A stretch of 32,000 bases of DNA from Formosa sp. Hel1_33_131 (GTDB taxonomy: Bacteria; Bacteroidota; Bacteroidia; Flavobacteriales; Flavobacteriaceae), in assembly GCF_001735745.1 (NCBI RefSeq), contig NZ_CP017260.1, forward strand, positions 690,001 through 722,000, read 5' to 3'. Below are positions 1 to 8,605 of this stretch, one piece after another (position 1 is the stretch's first letter; every line of letters starts with the position of its first letter). Below the pieces are notes generated by a model. It saw nothing but the letters and a program-made list of their open reading frames with translations. It was not told the DNA's origin and searched no databases. Position numbers and translations under genes: made by a program.

Positions 1-818
1 TGTTCCGCCAAATCAAAAGCCCTGTCTTTTAGTTTTTCAACGAGTTTAATATTGAAATTTTTAGAGAGATCACAAGCCGTTTTAAAGCCAATCTTACCCC
101 CTCCTAAAATCATTATATCTTTAATTTCTGTTTTTTTCTTTCCTGTCAGTTTACACAACTCTTCATCTCCTCCTTTTGAGGTGATAAAAACAACACGATC
201 TCCATCCTTAAAAACAGTATCTCCTCTAGGAATAATAGTTGAATGAGATCCAAATCGCTGAATGGCGATGGGTATAAAATGGATATCTGAAAGCAATTGT
301 GCTGCAACCTTAACTGATTTATTTATGATTTTGGCATCTTTTGAAAGAGACAACCCAAGCATGGTCAAAGCCCCTTTTTCAAACTCATAGGTGTCATTAA
401 ACACAGACTGACTTAACAATAACTCAATTTCAGCAGCTGCGAGAGATTCAGGAGAAATAAGCTCGTCAATACCAAATTTGGTAAAACCAACCTCATCCTT
501 ATGGTTTATAAATTCTGGATTCGAAATTCGTGCAATGGTCCGTTTGGCACCCAACTGTTTTGCCAATACACAAGCTGTGATATTAGACGTTTCGGAAGAA
601 GTTACGGATATAAATAAATCTGAATTTAGAATTCGAGCATCTTTCAATACAGAAATTGAAGTTGCATCGCCTTTAATTACTTTTATATCCAAATGAGTGT
701 CTGCATAAGCGAGACTGTCTTTATTCAGATCTATAAGCGTGATTTCTTGTGATTCGTAAGATAAAAGCTTCGCTAAATGAAACCCGACTTCACCTGCGCC
801 GGCTATAATAATTTTCAT
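1..818 (-). CDS. trkA: Trk potassium-uptake protein TrkA, N-terminal ~272 aa (gene runs off the left edge)
   Basis: Absent from the ORF track because no stop lies in the window. The reverse complement from the ATG at 818-816 reads MKIIIAGAGEVGFHLAKLLSYESQEITLIDLNK (Rossmann GxGxxG). It stays open to position 1 and reaches a second NAD-binding/RCK repeat (DIMILGGGKIGFKTA at ~119-75), which is the two-repeat TrkA layout. Confidence 0.85.
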   Translation of the reverse strand, partial: MKIIIAGAGEVGFHLAKLLSYESQEITLIDLNKDSLAYADTHLDIKVIKGDATSISVLKDARILNSDLFISVTSSETSNITACVLAKQLGAKRTIARISNPEFINHKDEVGFTKFGIDELISPESLAAAEIELLLSQSVFNDTYEFEKGALTMLGLSLSKDAKIINKSVKVAAQLLSDIHFIPIAIQRFGSHSTIIPRGDTVFKDGDRVVFITSKGGDEELCKLTGKKKTEIKDIMILGGGKIGFKTACDLSKNFNIKLVEKLKDRAFDLAE

Positions 819-841
819 TAATTATCAATTAAAAAGATGCG

Positions 842-849
842 CAAATATA
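842..849 (-). promoter_or_regulatory. Candidate Bacteroidota -7 box (TATATTTG on minus strand) for trkA
   Basis: Plus-strand CAAATATA is the reverse complement of TAtaTTTG, an exact match to the TAnnTTTG consensus used by Bacteroidota sigma-A. It lies 23 nt upstream of the trkA ATG. Confidence 0.35.
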
Positions 850-921
850 CGTTATTTTTAGGGATTTGTTTATGAATTGTATTTCTTTGCAGTGAAATTA
901 TTAAGAAAGGTCTCACCACAT

Positions 922-1653
922 ATGTCTGAAAAAATTACTCCTTATAAAGATAGCGCACTTGGCAAAAAACAGCAAATCGCTAAAATGTTTGACACAATTT
1001 CTAACGAATATGATGGCTTAAATAGGGTCATCTCTTTTGGAATTGATATTAAATGGCGAAATAAAGTGGTTCAACTTGTTGCTGAAACCCAGCCAAAAAA
1101 TATTCTTGATATTGCAACGGGCACAGGGGATTTAGCGATTAATTTAACCAGAACAAATGCAACTCAAATTATCGGGTTGGATATTAGTGAAGGCATGCTA
1201 GACGTGGGTCGAAAAAAAATATTAAACAAAAAACTTCATAAAACCATTGATATGGTGGTTGGCGATTCTGAAAATCTACCTTTTGACGACAGCTCTTTTG
1301 ACGCCATTACTGTTGCCTTTGGTGTTCGGAATTTTGAAAACTTAGAAATTGGATTGGCTGAAATTTTGAGGGTTTTGAAACCTGGTGGCATCTTTGTAGT
1401 TTTAGAAACATCCGTTCCTACAAAGTTTCCTTTTAAACAAGGCTACTATTTGCATTCAAACGTTTTGTTGCCACTTGTTGGGAAACTTTTTTCTAAGGAC
1501 AAATCGGCCTATACTTACTTGAGTAAATCAGCTTCTAAATTTCCTTATGGAACTGCTTTTAACAATATTTTGAAGAAAACAGGGTTTATAAACTCGAAAG
1601 CCCTCCCACAAACATTTGGAGTTGCTACCATTTATACTGCAACAAAACAATAA
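922..1653 (+). CDS. ubiE: Demethylmenaquinone / ubiquinone C-methyltransferase (UbiE/MenG family)
   Basis: Contains FDTISNEYDGLNRVISFGIDIKWR (UbiE signature region), the SAM motif ILDIATGTGDLA, and LKPGGIFVVLETS. The track ORF begins at a TTG (877). The first ATG at 922 (MSEKITPYKD) gives the normal family length. Confidence 0.9.
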   Translation: MSEKITPYKDSALGKKQQIAKMFDTISNEYDGLNRVISFGIDIKWRNKVVQLVAETQPKNILDIATGTGDLAINLTRTNATQIIGLDISEGMLDVGRKKILNKKLHKTIDMVVGDSENLPFDDSSFDAITVAFGVRNFENLEIGLAEILRVLKPGGIFVVLETSVPTKFPFKQGYYLHSNVLLPLVGKLFSKDKSAYTYLSKSASKFPYGTAFNNILKKTGFINSKALPQTFGVATIYTATKQ

Positions 1654-1655
1654 GC

Positions 1656-2369
1656 ATGAAGCACGTTTTATCACTCTTCTTTATTTTATGTTCAATTCAA
1701 TTTGCAAACGCTCAACTTTTTAGTAAAGAACGTGTTCTGAATAACGAGAATTTTGACAAAGCCCGCTTGTCTTATGGTTACTATTTAGGGTTTAATGTGT
1801 ATGATTATAATTTTGATTACCACACAGATGTCAAAGATATTCAAGTGCTTAAATCGACAGGATTTAATGTGGGACTTGTTGGAAACGTCCGAATCAATGA
1901 TTATATCGACATTCGACTTGAACCGGGATTGGTGATTTCGAGGCGCGAATTAAACTACAGCCAAACCTATTTTACTGGGATTGCATTCGAAGATAAAGAC
2001 CTCATTCGTGAAATTCAATCTACCTTTATTCACGTTCCGTTGTTAGTAAAATTTTCCTCCAAAAGAATCAACAATGTCAAACCATTTGTGGTTGCTGGAG
2101 TTTCAACGGCTTTGAACTTATCAAGTCAGCAAGACAATCCCGATGACAACAGTAAAAACGTTTTTAGAGTGACCAAAAATAATATGTATTATGAACTTGG
2201 TATTGGCATCGATCTCTACCTAACTTGGTTCAAATTTACGCCCTCCATACGAGGTGTCTTTTCTATGCAAGATGAATTAGTAAAAGATATCGACCCTAAC
2301 AGCCGCTGGACGCGTAATATCGCACAAATGCAAACACGTGGCTTATTTATCAATTTTACCTTTCAGTAG
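1656..2369 (+). CDS. porT: PorT/SprT-family outer-membrane beta-barrel protein (type IX secretion associated)
   Basis: Has a signal peptide (MKHVLSLFFILCSIQFANAQ), ~237 aa with an alternating beta-strand pattern, and an aromatic C-terminus (FINFTFQ). It starts 2 nt after the ubiE stop, an arrangement I recall as common in Flavobacteriia. The family call is by resemblance, not by search. Confidence 0.65.
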   Translation: MKHVLSLFFILCSIQFANAQLFSKERVLNNENFDKARLSYGYYLGFNVYDYNFDYHTDVKDIQVLKSTGFNVGLVGNVRINDYIDIRLEPGLVISRRELNYSQTYFTGIAFEDKDLIREIQSTFIHVPLLVKFSSKRINNVKPFVVAGVSTALNLSSQQDNPDDNSKNVFRVTKNNMYYELGIGIDLYLTWFKFTPSIRGVFSMQDELVKDIDPNSRWTRNIAQMQTRGLFINFTFQ

Positions 2370-3087
2370 ATTTTCTTTTAAATTCACTCAAAATAATAGC
2401 CGCAGCATTCGCAACATTGAGACTTTCTGTCTGCTTTACTGTTCCAAATCTTGGAATGGAAAGACGCGTTTTCACCAAAGCTTCTACATCCTCAGAAATG
2501 CCATTGGCTTCATTTCCAAGAACAATCACTCCTGTGTTGGGTAAATGTTGTTCATAAATCGAATCTCCATCCATAAACGTTCCCATACAGTTTGAAGCGG
2601 CAGACAGGGTCTTTTTTAAATCCACATACGTAATATTAACCCGTGTGTGAGATCCCATACTTGCTTGTACAACTTTAGGATTATAGCAGTCAACAGTGGC
2701 TTCACTACAGACTAAATTTTCAATCCCAAACCAATCACAAAGGCGAATAATCGTTCCTAGATTTCCAGGATCATTAATATCATCAAGTGCTACGACAAGG
2801 CCTGACCAATCTACAGCAATTGGGGTTGGAATTTTGAAAGTCGCCAGTACTTTGTTGGGAGTACTGAATCCACTAATTTTTGCAAGTTCTTTGGAATCTA
2901 CTTTGGTGAGCTTCTGATTGTATTGAGAAAAACGATCGTCTATAGAAAAAATAGCATCTAATTCGTAGTCGGAGTTTAAAAACTCTTCAACAACTTTGAT
3001 CCCTTCCACAACAAACAACTGGTGTTGGGTTCGAAACTTTTTTTGCTTCAAACTCGTGATTAACTTTATTTGGCTTTTCGTTAACAT
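2356..3087 (-). CDS. TrmH/SpoU-family RNA 2'-O-methyltransferase (RlmB-like)
   Basis: SpoU motifs are present: LDDINDPGNLGTIIRLCDWFG, VIVLGNEANGIS, IPRFGTVKQTESLNVANAAAIILSEF. An N-terminal substrate-binding domain is also present. Confidence 0.85.
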   Translation of the reverse strand: MLTKSQIKLITSLKQKKFRTQHQLFVVEGIKVVEEFLNSDYELDAIFSIDDRFSQYNQKLTKVDSKELAKISGFSTPNKVLATFKIPTPIAVDWSGLVVALDDINDPGNLGTIIRLCDWFGIENLVCSEATVDCYNPKVVQASMGSHTRVNITYVDLKKTLSAASNCMGTFMDGDSIYEQHLPNTGVIVLGNEANGISEDVEALVKTRLSIPRFGTVKQTESLNVANAAAIILSEFKRKSTER

Positions 3088-3097
3088 CTAAAAAACG

Positions 3098-3105
3098 TAC
3101 TTTTG
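3098..3105 (+). promoter_or_regulatory. Candidate -7 box TACTTTTG for the TamL-like gene
   Basis: Exact TAnnTTTG match in the divergent intergenic region, 44 nt upstream of the TTG start at 3149. Confidence 0.35.
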
Positions 3106-3148
3106 ATTATTATTAATTTAGACAGTAAAGCTAAATTTTATTTATTGA

Positions 3149-5704
3149 TTGTTGAAGAAAACTCTGATAAAAATAATCGTTGTATTTGTAATGACTTGTT
3201 TTTTTACGGCATGTAATGTTGTAAAACGGGTTGAGGCTACCGATTATTTGTTGACTGAAAACAGTTTCTACATCAACGGTCAGAAGAAAAAATCAGAGGA
3301 ACTCAACAATTTATCTTTTCAGAAAAAGAATGCTGCACTGCTTGGAATTCCCTTGCGATTGCATATTTATAATTTAGCACGCCCCCACAAAGATTCGCTC
3401 TTTGAGGCTTGGCTTCAAAAAAATCCCAAACGAAAACAACGTTTAATTTCTAAACTTTCAGAAAAACAACTCAATCAGTTAAAAACCTCATCGCTAGGGT
3501 TAAATCGATGGTTGAAAAATACGGGGGAAGCACCTATACTTTTAGATTCTTTAAAAATAAATAAAACGAAACTAAACTTAGAACGCTATTATTTTGCAAA
3601 TGGGTGGTTTGACAGAACTGTTGATTTCAAAGTGGATACTGTCGGATTAAAAAGAGCTGCATTAAGGTTTGAGATCGAGACTGGAACCCCTTATGAAATT
3701 GGAGAAATTTCGGAACGGATTGACTCCCCAGTAATCGATACTTTATATGCGAATTTAAAATCAGGTTCTTATCTAAAAACAGGTGAGCAATTTAAAATAT
3801 CAAATTTTGACAACGAACGAAGCCGTCTGACCACGGCATTTAGAAACTCAGGAGCTTACCATTTTGCAGAAGAATATATCCGCTACGAAAATGACACGAT
3901 TGGAATAAAAAATAAGGTAAATGTTAAGATGAAAATTCAGGATCGGATTATTCGAAATGACGATTCCATTGTACGTGTGCCGTTTCAAACCTACCGAATT
4001 AAAGCTGTGAATATTTATACGGATGCTACTTTTGAAAACCGTTCAAAAACTGTTTCAGATTCTGTAAGTTACAACAACTATAATGTGTATGCTTATAAAA
4101 AATTAAAGTACAAACCTGAAGCGTTAACCGATGCCGTACTGATCACAAAAGGGAGTGTGTTTAAAGACTTGGACCGCGCACGCACCTATCGCTACCTGAA
4201 CGAACTAAGAACGTTTAAATACCCTAACATTGAATATGTAGAAAACCCACAAGATACCACGCTGACTGCTAATATTTATTTAACCCCAAAGGAAAAGTAC
4301 GGTTTAGGGTTTGATGTGAGTGTTTCACAAAGTAACATACAAAAAGTAGGACTATCCTTTACGACGGGCGTTGTCATTCGCAATATTTTTAAAGGAGCAG
4401 AAACCCTTCAAATTTCGGCATTGGGAGCTATTGGAGCATCAAAAGATGGTGCAAGTGCAGAGGATGGTTTTTTTGATATAAATGAGCTTGGAGCTGACAT
4501 CAAAATAAATATTCCTCGTTTGTTTTTTCCGCTGAATACCGACAAAATTATTCCAAAATATATGTCTCCTAGTACACAAATTAGTACAGGATTTACAGGA
4601 CAAACAAATATTGGTTTGGACAAACAAACTTTTAATAGTGTTTTTAGTTATAAGTGGTTTCCGTCGGAAAAAGTCACAAACACACTTGATTTAGTCAACT
4701 TACAATACGTGAGAAACCTGAATCCAACCAACTATTTTAGCGTGTATCAAAACTCCTTCAATCGGCTTCAATCCATTGCTCTTGAATCCTATACAACCCC
4801 AAACGAATTTTTGAGTACTAACAGCAATGGACAACAATCTTTAATTGAATCGCGCGCGGATGAATTTATCAATTTAGTGAATTCTGATCTTGCATATAAA
4901 ACCTCCAACCCTAATGAATATCAAACGGTTCGGAACATTCAGGAACGAAAAAGCCGATTGGTTCAAGACAACTTTATTCTGGCAAGTAATTTTAATTATG
5001 TTCGAAACAGCCGAGAAAACCCTTTCGATACTGATTTCTCAATTTTTAGAGTAAAATTTGAACTCGCTGGAAATTTGCTTTATACCGCATCAAAATTATT
5101 GAATCTTGAAAACAATTCGGAAGGTGCATATAAAGTAAGTGGTGTTCCTTTTTCTCAGTATATTAAATCCGAAATAGACCATATTAAACTTTGGGATTTA
5201 GGCCGTAGTAATGTGTTGGCTTTACGCAGCTTTTTTGGAATCGCAATCCCCTTAGGAAATGCGACAAGCATCCCGTTTTCTAAAAGTTTTTTTGCAGGAG
5301 GTTCCAACGACAACAGAGCATGGACGGCTTATAATTTGGGCCCTGGAAGTTCTGACAATAACAATGAGTTTAACGAAGCAAATATGAAACTTGCTTTTAG
5401 CTTGGAGTACCGTTACAACTTATTTGGAAATCTGAATGGTGCCTTTTTTATGGATGCTGGAAACATTTGGAATGTCTTAGATGATGTCACAGACACCAAG
5501 GCTACTTTTGACAACCTTAAATCTTTAGAAGATATTGCGATAGGTGCAGGAATCGGATTGCGTTACGATTTTAGTTTTTTCATACTAAGGTTTGATACCG
5601 GCTTTAAAGCCTATGAACCTACTTTTGGAGATCAAAATCGTTGGTTAAATAACTTCAATTTTAGCAATGCCGTTTACAACATTGGGATCAATTATCCGTT
5701 TTAG
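3149..5704 (+). CDS. tamL: Omp85-family outer-membrane protein with lipoprotein signal (TamL-like translocation and assembly module protein)
   Basis: 851 aa. The N-terminus MLKKTLIKIIVVFVMTCFFTAC-N has a lipobox-like FTAC. The C-terminal bacterial-surface-antigen barrel shows FFAGGSNDNRAW, FMDAGNIW, GIGLRYD and a terminal ...NIGINYPF. The start is a TTG, and no in-frame ATG would preserve the signal peptide. Confidence 0.75.
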   Translation: MLKKTLIKIIVVFVMTCFFTACNVVKRVEATDYLLTENSFYINGQKKKSEELNNLSFQKKNAALLGIPLRLHIYNLARPHKDSLFEAWLQKNPKRKQRLISKLSEKQLNQLKTSSLGLNRWLKNTGEAPILLDSLKINKTKLNLERYYFANGWFDRTVDFKVDTVGLKRAALRFEIETGTPYEIGEISERIDSPVIDTLYANLKSGSYLKTGEQFKISNFDNERSRLTTAFRNSGAYHFAEEYIRYENDTIGIKNKVNVKMKIQDRIIRNDDSIVRVPFQTYRIKAVNIYTDATFENRSKTVSDSVSYNNYNVYAYKKLKYKPEALTDAVLITKGSVFKDLDRARTYRYLNELRTFKYPNIEYVENPQDTTLTANIYLTPKEKYGLGFDVSVSQSNIQKVGLSFTTGVVIRNIFKGAETLQISALGAIGASKDGASAEDGFFDINELGADIKINIPRLFFPLNTDKIIPKYMSPSTQISTGFTGQTNIGLDKQTFNSVFSYKWFPSEKVTNTLDLVNLQYVRNLNPTNYFSVYQNSFNRLQSIALESYTTPNEFLSTNSNGQQSLIESRADEFINLVNSDLAYKTSNPNEYQTVRNIQERKSRLVQDNFILASNFNYVRNSRENPFDTDFSIFRVKFELAGNLLYTASKLLNLENNSEGAYKVSGVPFSQYIKSEIDHIKLWDLGRSNVLALRSFFGIAIPLGNATSIPFSKSFFAGGSNDNRAWTAYNLGPGSSDNNNEFNEANMKLAFSLEYRYNLFGNLNGAFFMDAGNIWNVLDDVTDTKATFDNLKSLEDIAIGAGIGLRYDFSFFILRFDTGFKAYEPTFGDQNRWLNNFNFSNAVYNIGINYPF

Positions 5705-5817
5705 AAATTCCAGATTAGCTATATCGTTTTCGTATAATAATCGGCTAATCACATCCAATAAACTTTCCGAAATTATTTAAAATCACTACTTTTACGGCTA
5801 CAACAAAAACAATCAAA

Positions 5818-6885
5818 ATGAGTCACAACATTAAACCAGGCGTTGCTACAGGACGCGAAGTTCAAGAGATTTTTAAACTTGCTAAAGAAAAAGGATTCGC
5901 CCTTCCAGCGGTGAATGTTATTGGCTCAAACACAATTAACGGTGTTCTTGAAACTGCAAAAGAATTAAATGCTCCCGTAATTATTCAGTTTTCTAATGGC
6001 GGTGGACAATTTAATGCCGGAAAAGGTCTTTCTAACGAAGGTCAAAAAGCAGCAATTGCAGGATCCATTGCAGGTGCTAAACACATCCATGAAATGGCGT
6101 TAGCTTATGGCGTTCCTGTCATTTTACACACGGATCACTGTTCGAAAAAATTATTACCTTGGATTGATGGTTTATTAGATGCGAGTGAAGTTCATTTTGC
6201 ACAAACTGGCAAATCATTATACAGCTCTCACATGATTGATTTATCTGAAGAGCCGATTGAAGAAAATATCGAAATCTGTAAAACTTATTTAGAGCGCATG
6301 TCCAAAATGGGGATGACACTTGAAATTGAATTAGGAATTACAGGTGGTGAAGAGGATGGAGTTGACAACAGTGATGTTGATGTTTCAAAATTATATACTC
6401 AACCCGAAGAAGTTGCTTATGCTTATGAAGAGCTTAGTAAAGTGAGTGATCAGTTTACGATTGCGGCTGCTTTTGGAAATGTGCACGGTGTGTACAAGCC
6501 CGGTAATGTAAAATTAACTCCGAAAATTCTTAAGAATTCTCAAGAGCACATTACTGAAAAGTATGGTGTTTCAGAAAACCATATTGACTTCGTATTTCAT
6601 GGTGGATCTGGATCAACTGTCGAAGAAATCAGAGAAGGAATTTCGTATGGTGTGATCAAAATGAATATCGATACAGATATGCAATACGCATTTATGACTG
6701 GAATTCGTGACGATTTCAAAGCAAACGAAGCTTATTTAGCAGCACAAATCGGAAATCCTGACGGTAGTGATGTTCCAAATAAAAAATATTATGACCCGAG
6801 ACGTTGGTTACGTGAAGGTGAAAAAGCATTCATCGCTAGACTTAAAAAAGCATTTGAGGATTTAAATAATGTCGATACATTATAA
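5818..6885 (+). CDS. fbaA: Class II fructose-1,6-bisphosphate aldolase
   Basis: Contains PAVNVIGSNTINGVLETA, VILHTDHC (Zn ligand region), FGNVHGVYKPGNVKL, FVFHGGSGS. 355 aa, matching long-form class IIa FbaA. Confidence 0.93.
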   Translation: MSHNIKPGVATGREVQEIFKLAKEKGFALPAVNVIGSNTINGVLETAKELNAPVIIQFSNGGGQFNAGKGLSNEGQKAAIAGSIAGAKHIHEMALAYGVPVILHTDHCSKKLLPWIDGLLDASEVHFAQTGKSLYSSHMIDLSEEPIEENIEICKTYLERMSKMGMTLEIELGITGGEEDGVDNSDVDVSKLYTQPEEVAYAYEELSKVSDQFTIAAAFGNVHGVYKPGNVKLTPKILKNSQEHITEKYGVSENHIDFVFHGGSGSTVEEIREGISYGVIKMNIDTDMQYAFMTGIRDDFKANEAYLAAQIGNPDGSDVPNKKYYDPRRWLREGEKAFIARLKKAFEDLNNVDTL

Positions 6886-6893
6886 AATTTGTG

Positions 6894-6901
6894 TAGTTTT
6901 G
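6894..6901 (+). promoter_or_regulatory. Candidate -7 box TAGTTTTG for accD
   Basis: Exact TAnnTTTG match in the 47-nt fbaA-accD spacer, 32 nt upstream of the accD ATG. Confidence 0.4.
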
Positions 6902-6932
6902 TACTTTAATTTTACCGTTTAGACACTAATAT

Positions 6933-7790
6933 ATGGCTTGGTTCAAAAGAAAAGACAAAGGAATTCAAACACCTACAGAGGCAAAACGTGACACACCCAA
7001 AGGGCTTTGGTACAAATCCCCTACTGGTAAAGTCATTGAGACGGACGAATTAGAAAGAAATTTCTACATCAGTCCAGAAGATGGTTACCACGTACGCATA
7101 GGAAGTAATGAATACTTTGAGATGCTTTTTGATGATAATACATTCAAAGAGTTGGATCCGAATATTACTTCCAAAGACCCTTTAAAGTTTGTAGATAACA
7201 AGGCTTATACAGATCGCCTGAAGGCTGCGCAAGCAAAAACAAACCTTAAAGATGCTGTACGAACGGCTGTTGGAAAATCCAAAGGGAAAGAGCTGGTCAT
7301 CGCTTGTATGGACTTTAGTTTTATTGGAGGCTCAATGGGATCTGTTGTTGGAGAAAAAATTGCTCGTGCTGCGGATCATGCGCTTCACAACAATTTACCT
7401 TTCATGATTATTTCTAAATCTGGAGGTGCTCGAATGATGGAAGCTGCTTTATCGTTAATGCAACTGGCTAAAACTTCTGCGAAACTCGCACAACTCGCCG
7501 ATGCGAATATTCCTTATATTTCTCTATGTACCGACCCCACTACTGGTGGAACGACGGCTTCATTTGCAATGTTAGGCGATATTAATATTAGCGAACCTGG
7601 AGCGCTCATTGGTTTTGCAGGCCCTCGTGTGGTTAGAGACACTACTGGTAAAGAATTGCCAGATGGATTTCAAACGGCCGAATTTGTAAAGGAACATGGA
7701 TTTTTAGATTTCATCACTCCGCGTAGTGAACTAAAAAATAAAGTGAACCAGTACATTGATTTAATTTCAAATCAACCCCTTAGAGCTTAA
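6933..7790 (+). CDS. accD: Acetyl-CoA carboxylase carboxyltransferase beta subunit
   Basis: Contains [66 protein letters not shown]. It is colinear with E. coli AccD, but the N-terminal Cys4 zinc ribbon positions are not Cys (see findings). Confidence 0.93.
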   Translation: MAWFKRKDKGIQTPTEAKRDTPKGLWYKSPTGKVIETDELERNFYISPEDGYHVRIGSNEYFEMLFDDNTFKELDPNITSKDPLKFVDNKAYTDRLKAAQAKTNLKDAVRTAVGKSKGKELVIACMDFSFIGGSMGSVVGEKIARAADHALHNNLPFMIISKSGGARMMEAALSLMQLAKTSAKLAQLADANIPYISLCTDPTTGGTTASFAMLGDINISEPGALIGFAGPRVVRDTTGKELPDGFQTAEFVKEHGFLDFITPRSELKNKVNQYIDLISNQPLRA

Positions 7791-7829
7791 GTAAACAAAG
7801 TATAAAAATCATAGATGCAATAATTATAA

Positions 7830-7837
7830 TACCTTTG
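7830..7837 (+). promoter_or_regulatory. Candidate -7 box TACCTTTG for the orphan lipoprotein gene
   Basis: Exact TAnnTTTG match 44 nt upstream of the ATG at 7882. Confidence 0.35.
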
Positions 7838-7881
7838 TTGCATCATTACTTTAAATATTATTAACCAAAATAACCAATACG

Positions 7882-8409
7882 ATGAAAACTTTTACAAAAA
7901 TTAGTATGTTACTGCTTGCAATGATTACAATTTTCTCTTGCAACAAATTAGATGAATTAACAGAGTTTGATATTACCCAAGATTTTTCCACAGCTGTTAA
8001 TGTGAATGTTGTTGAAGATTCCGCTGGAGCTGCTCAAACTTGGTCGCAGTCCTCAACAATCAACCTAGCAACAAATGATGAAATTCAATCAAATTTAGAT
8101 TTGATTCAAGATGTTAAGCTTAACTCTTTAACGTTTAAAGTTATTAATTTCACAGGCGTAGAAGGTGCGATTGCGACAGAAGCTTCTATAAGCTTTGGCG
8201 ATACTGTAATTGCAGTTGCTGACATCACCCTTGAAGACAGTACGACTATTTACTCTATTGGAAGTTCTTCAGAACTAAATGCAATTGCAAACGATTTAAA
8301 AAACGCGACTCAAATTTCAGCAACGGTAAGCGGTACTGTGACAAGTACACCCGTACAATTTGATGTTTTCATATCTCTAGATGTGACGACCACTATTGAT
8401 GTCTTGTAA
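7882..8409 (+). CDS. Hypothetical lipoprotein (175 aa, Thr/Ser/Val/Ile-rich, family not recognised)
   Basis: Signal peptide plus lipobox MKTFTKISMLLLAMITIFSC-N. The ORF is clean, sits between its own -7 box and a strong terminator, and has no other Cys. Confidence 0.7.
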   Translation: MKTFTKISMLLLAMITIFSCNKLDELTEFDITQDFSTAVNVNVVEDSAGAAQTWSQSSTINLATNDEIQSNLDLIQDVKLNSLTFKVINFTGVEGAIATEASISFGDTVIAVADITLEDSTTIYSIGSSSELNAIANDLKNATQISATVSGTVTSTPVQFDVFISLDVTTTIDVL

Positions 8410-8432
8410 TTAGACGTTTTATCACAAGCATA

Positions 8433-8461
8433 AAAAACGAGCCTTTGGGTTCGTTTTTTTT
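8433..8461 (+). terminator. Rho-independent terminator after the lipoprotein gene
   Basis: AAAAACGAGCC-TTTG-GGTTCGTTTTTTTTT: a GC-containing stem (one G-T wobble), a 4-nt loop and a T-run of 8 or more. Confidence 0.8.
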
Positions 8462-8541
8462 GGATTAAAGTCACTAACTAAAGTCCATTGATGCACCGAA
8501 ATAAAAAATAAAACGACAAGGCTTAAATAAGCGAAAATCAC

Positions 8542-8549
8542 TATATTTG
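8542..8549 (+). promoter_or_regulatory. Candidate -7 box TATATTTG for rpsO
   Basis: Exact TAnnTTTG match 56 nt upstream of the rpsO ATG, downstream of the preceding terminator. Confidence 0.45.
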
Positions 8550-8553
8550 CAAC

Positions 8554-8576
8554 TTAATTACGATAGACGTAGTTAA
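8554..8576 (+). promoter_or_regulatory. 9-bp hairpin at the predicted 5' end of the rpsO mRNA
   Basis: TTAATTACG-ATAGA-CGTAGTTAA: 8 Watson-Crick pairs plus one T-G wobble and a 5-nt loop. It begins about 5 nt after the -7 box. Its function is not established. Confidence 0.25.
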
Positions 8577-8605
8577 CGCATAAAAATTATTTAAATAATA
8601 TTGGA

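Noticed and set aside
52-696. Plus-strand ORFs 52-246 and 478-696.
   Set aside because: They are antisense to the TrkA reading frame, which is open across the whole region and has clear Rossmann motifs. I treat them as shadow ORFs.
877-921. N-terminal extensions created by TTG starts in the ORF track (877, 12240, 22389, 28950, 31980).
   Set aside because: In each case a downstream ATG gives the canonical family N-terminus. The extension also runs into a terminator (12240), an upstream gene's coding end (22389, 31980) or promoter-like sequence. The exception I kept is 3149, where TTG is needed for the signal peptide.
2356-2369. 14-nt convergent overlap of the porT and trmH-family 3' ends, with no terminator.
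   Set aside because: The overlap is real in the sequence, but it is a common compaction feature. There is no evidence of regulatory significance beyond possible transcriptional interference.
2338-2917. Plus-strand ORFs 2338-2544 and 2696-2917.
   Set aside because: They are antisense to the TrmH-family gene and show no motifs. I rejected other short track ORFs inside wzc, the GT genes, wecE, wecB, rfbA and the epimerase gene for the same reason.
5713-5750. Inverted repeat GATTAGC...GCTAATC with an inner TATA(T)CG-TTTT-CGTATA hairpin after the TamL-like gene, considered as a terminator.
   Set aside because: The stems are AT-rich and weak, the outer loop is large, and no T-run follows. I did not call it a terminator.
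7815-7845. Inverted repeat GATGCAA...TTGCATC after accD, considered as a terminator.
   Set aside because: It has a 7-bp stem with a 17-nt loop and no T-run, and it overlaps the candidate -7 box of the next gene. The evidence is too weak to call.
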